This document shows, piece by piece, positions 63,093-64,000 of a DNA stretch of 64,000 nucleotides. The stretch spans positions 1 to 64,000 of the forward strand of contig CAVWHO010000005.1 in NCBI GenBank assembly GCA_963754875.1, given 5' to 3'. The first letter of the stretch is position 1. Each line of letters opens with the position of its first letter. The translations under genes were made by a program, and so were the position numbers. The stretch is from Nitrospirota bacterium (lineage in GTDB: Bacteria; Nitrospirota; UBA9217). The notes under the pieces are model-generated. The model ran no database searches and was not told the DNA's origin. It worked only from the letters and a program-made list of their open reading frames with translations.

Positions 63093-63465
63093 TCAGAGCG
63101 GGCCGTAAGCCGAGTTCTGTCCCCTGATTGCTCAGGGTGGTGAGCATTTATCTGGGCCGTCGGTTGCCCGACAGCACGAGCGATCTACCCGGAAGTCTAG
63201 GACGGGCCGTCCGTACTCCCGATTGCTCGGGAGACGCTTCCCTATGTGATCTTGCTCCAGGCGGGGTTTTCCAAGCACTCCCGATCGCTCGGGAGTCTGG
63301 TGGGCTCTTGCCCCACCGTTTCACCCTTACCCTTTTGGGGCGGTCTTCTTTTCTGTGGCACTGTCCATGGGGTCGCCCCCTGTCCCATTTCGGGACCGCC
63401 TTGCCCTGCGGAGCTCGGACTTTCCTCCCTCCGTTGCCGGAGAGCGATCACCTCACCCGCTCTGA
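63093..63465 (-). ncRNA. rnpB: RNase P RNA (type A)
   Basis: GAGGAAAGTCC, AGTGCCACAGAAA, GGGTGAAACGG, GGAGCAAG, ACAGAACTCGGCTTAC; terminal CAGAGCGGG/CCCGCTCTG helix. Confidence 0.97.
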
Positions 63466-63609
63466 ATGTGAAAGAACATGATTCCAAAATCGGAACCAAG
63501 GATTTTTTTGACCTGATTACGGGATAAAAGCGGATTAAATCTTTAAAAAAATCCTGTCAATCGTGTTAACCTGTCCAAGACTTGTCCTTTAGTTGCAACT
63601 AACTCCTGA

Positions 63610-64000
63610 CTATTGAATTTTCTCATCGATCGCCTTGTTCGCCAAGGCGTCTGCTTCCTTGTTCATCTCTCTCGGGATGTATTTTACCTCAACGCTCCCG
63701 ATCTTTGCAATAAGCTCCTTGGCCTTCAGGAAGAGCGGCCTGAGCCCTTCATTTTTTACTTTGTACTGACCGTTCAATTGTTTCACCATAAGCTCGGAAT
63801 CGGCATGGAGTTTGACATTCGAAGCGCCGAGTTTTACGGCGTGTTCCAACCCGAAAATTGCCGCCCGGTATTCAGCAATATTGTTCGTGGTGGTGCCGAG
63901 ATAGCGCGCGATCCGCTCTATCGGTTTGCCGTCCTTGAGGATAAAAATACCGGCACCGGCCTCGCCGGGGTTATTCCGCGACGCGCCGTCGGTAAAGATG
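63610..64000 (-). CDS. rnhA: Ribonuclease HI family protein (5' end beyond window)
   Basis: FTDGASRNNPG, TNNIAEY, DSELMVKQ, IPREMNKEADALAN. Confidence 0.93.
   Translation of the reverse strand, partial: IFTDGASRNNPGEAGAGIFILKDGKPIERIARYLGTTTNNIAEYRAAIFGLEHAVKLGASNVKLHADSELMVKQLNGQYKVKNEGLRPLFLKAKELIAKIGSVEVKYIPREMNKEADALANKAIDEKIQ

Overview
Bacterial chromosomal window; gene content suggests a Nitrospirota/Desulfobacterota-like anaerobe (inference only). 1-32 kb is largely accessory: an NmrA-like oxidoreductase; two Lcl/DUF1566 surface proteins behind a c-di-GMP-I (GEMM) riboswitch; a dienelactone hydrolase; a thioredoxin; a heme-motif histidine kinase with a C-terminal two-CW domain; an intact IS21 element (7-bp TSD) that splits a fabZ-like gene; TetR, TPR, HU, B12 radical SAM, NupC, UbiB, MBL hydrolase and TrmJ genes; and tandem two-CW genes. 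The best candidate for an undescribed system is an AT-richer, tightly coupled three-gene cassette just downstream of ftsZ (small helical protein + HExxH gluzincin-like protein + atypical dUTPase-fold dCTP deaminase), possibly an anti-phage nucleotide-depletion system. 32-51 kb is a complete dcw cluster (mraZ-STAS-rsmH-ftsL-ftsI-murE-murF-mraY-murD-ftsW-murG-murC-murB-ddl-ftsQ-ftsA-ftsZ) with a candidate structured RNA between ddl and ftsQ and a family of ~45-nt intergenic mini-repeats. 51-64 kb holds housekeeping genes (prfC, Crp/Fnr, trpB2, rSAM, mutY-like, Smr), a 6S-like RNA, rnpB and a partial rnhA. At least nine genes, several essential, carry small frameshifts, most likely assembly errors. 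All calls come from motif recognition by eye; no searches were run.
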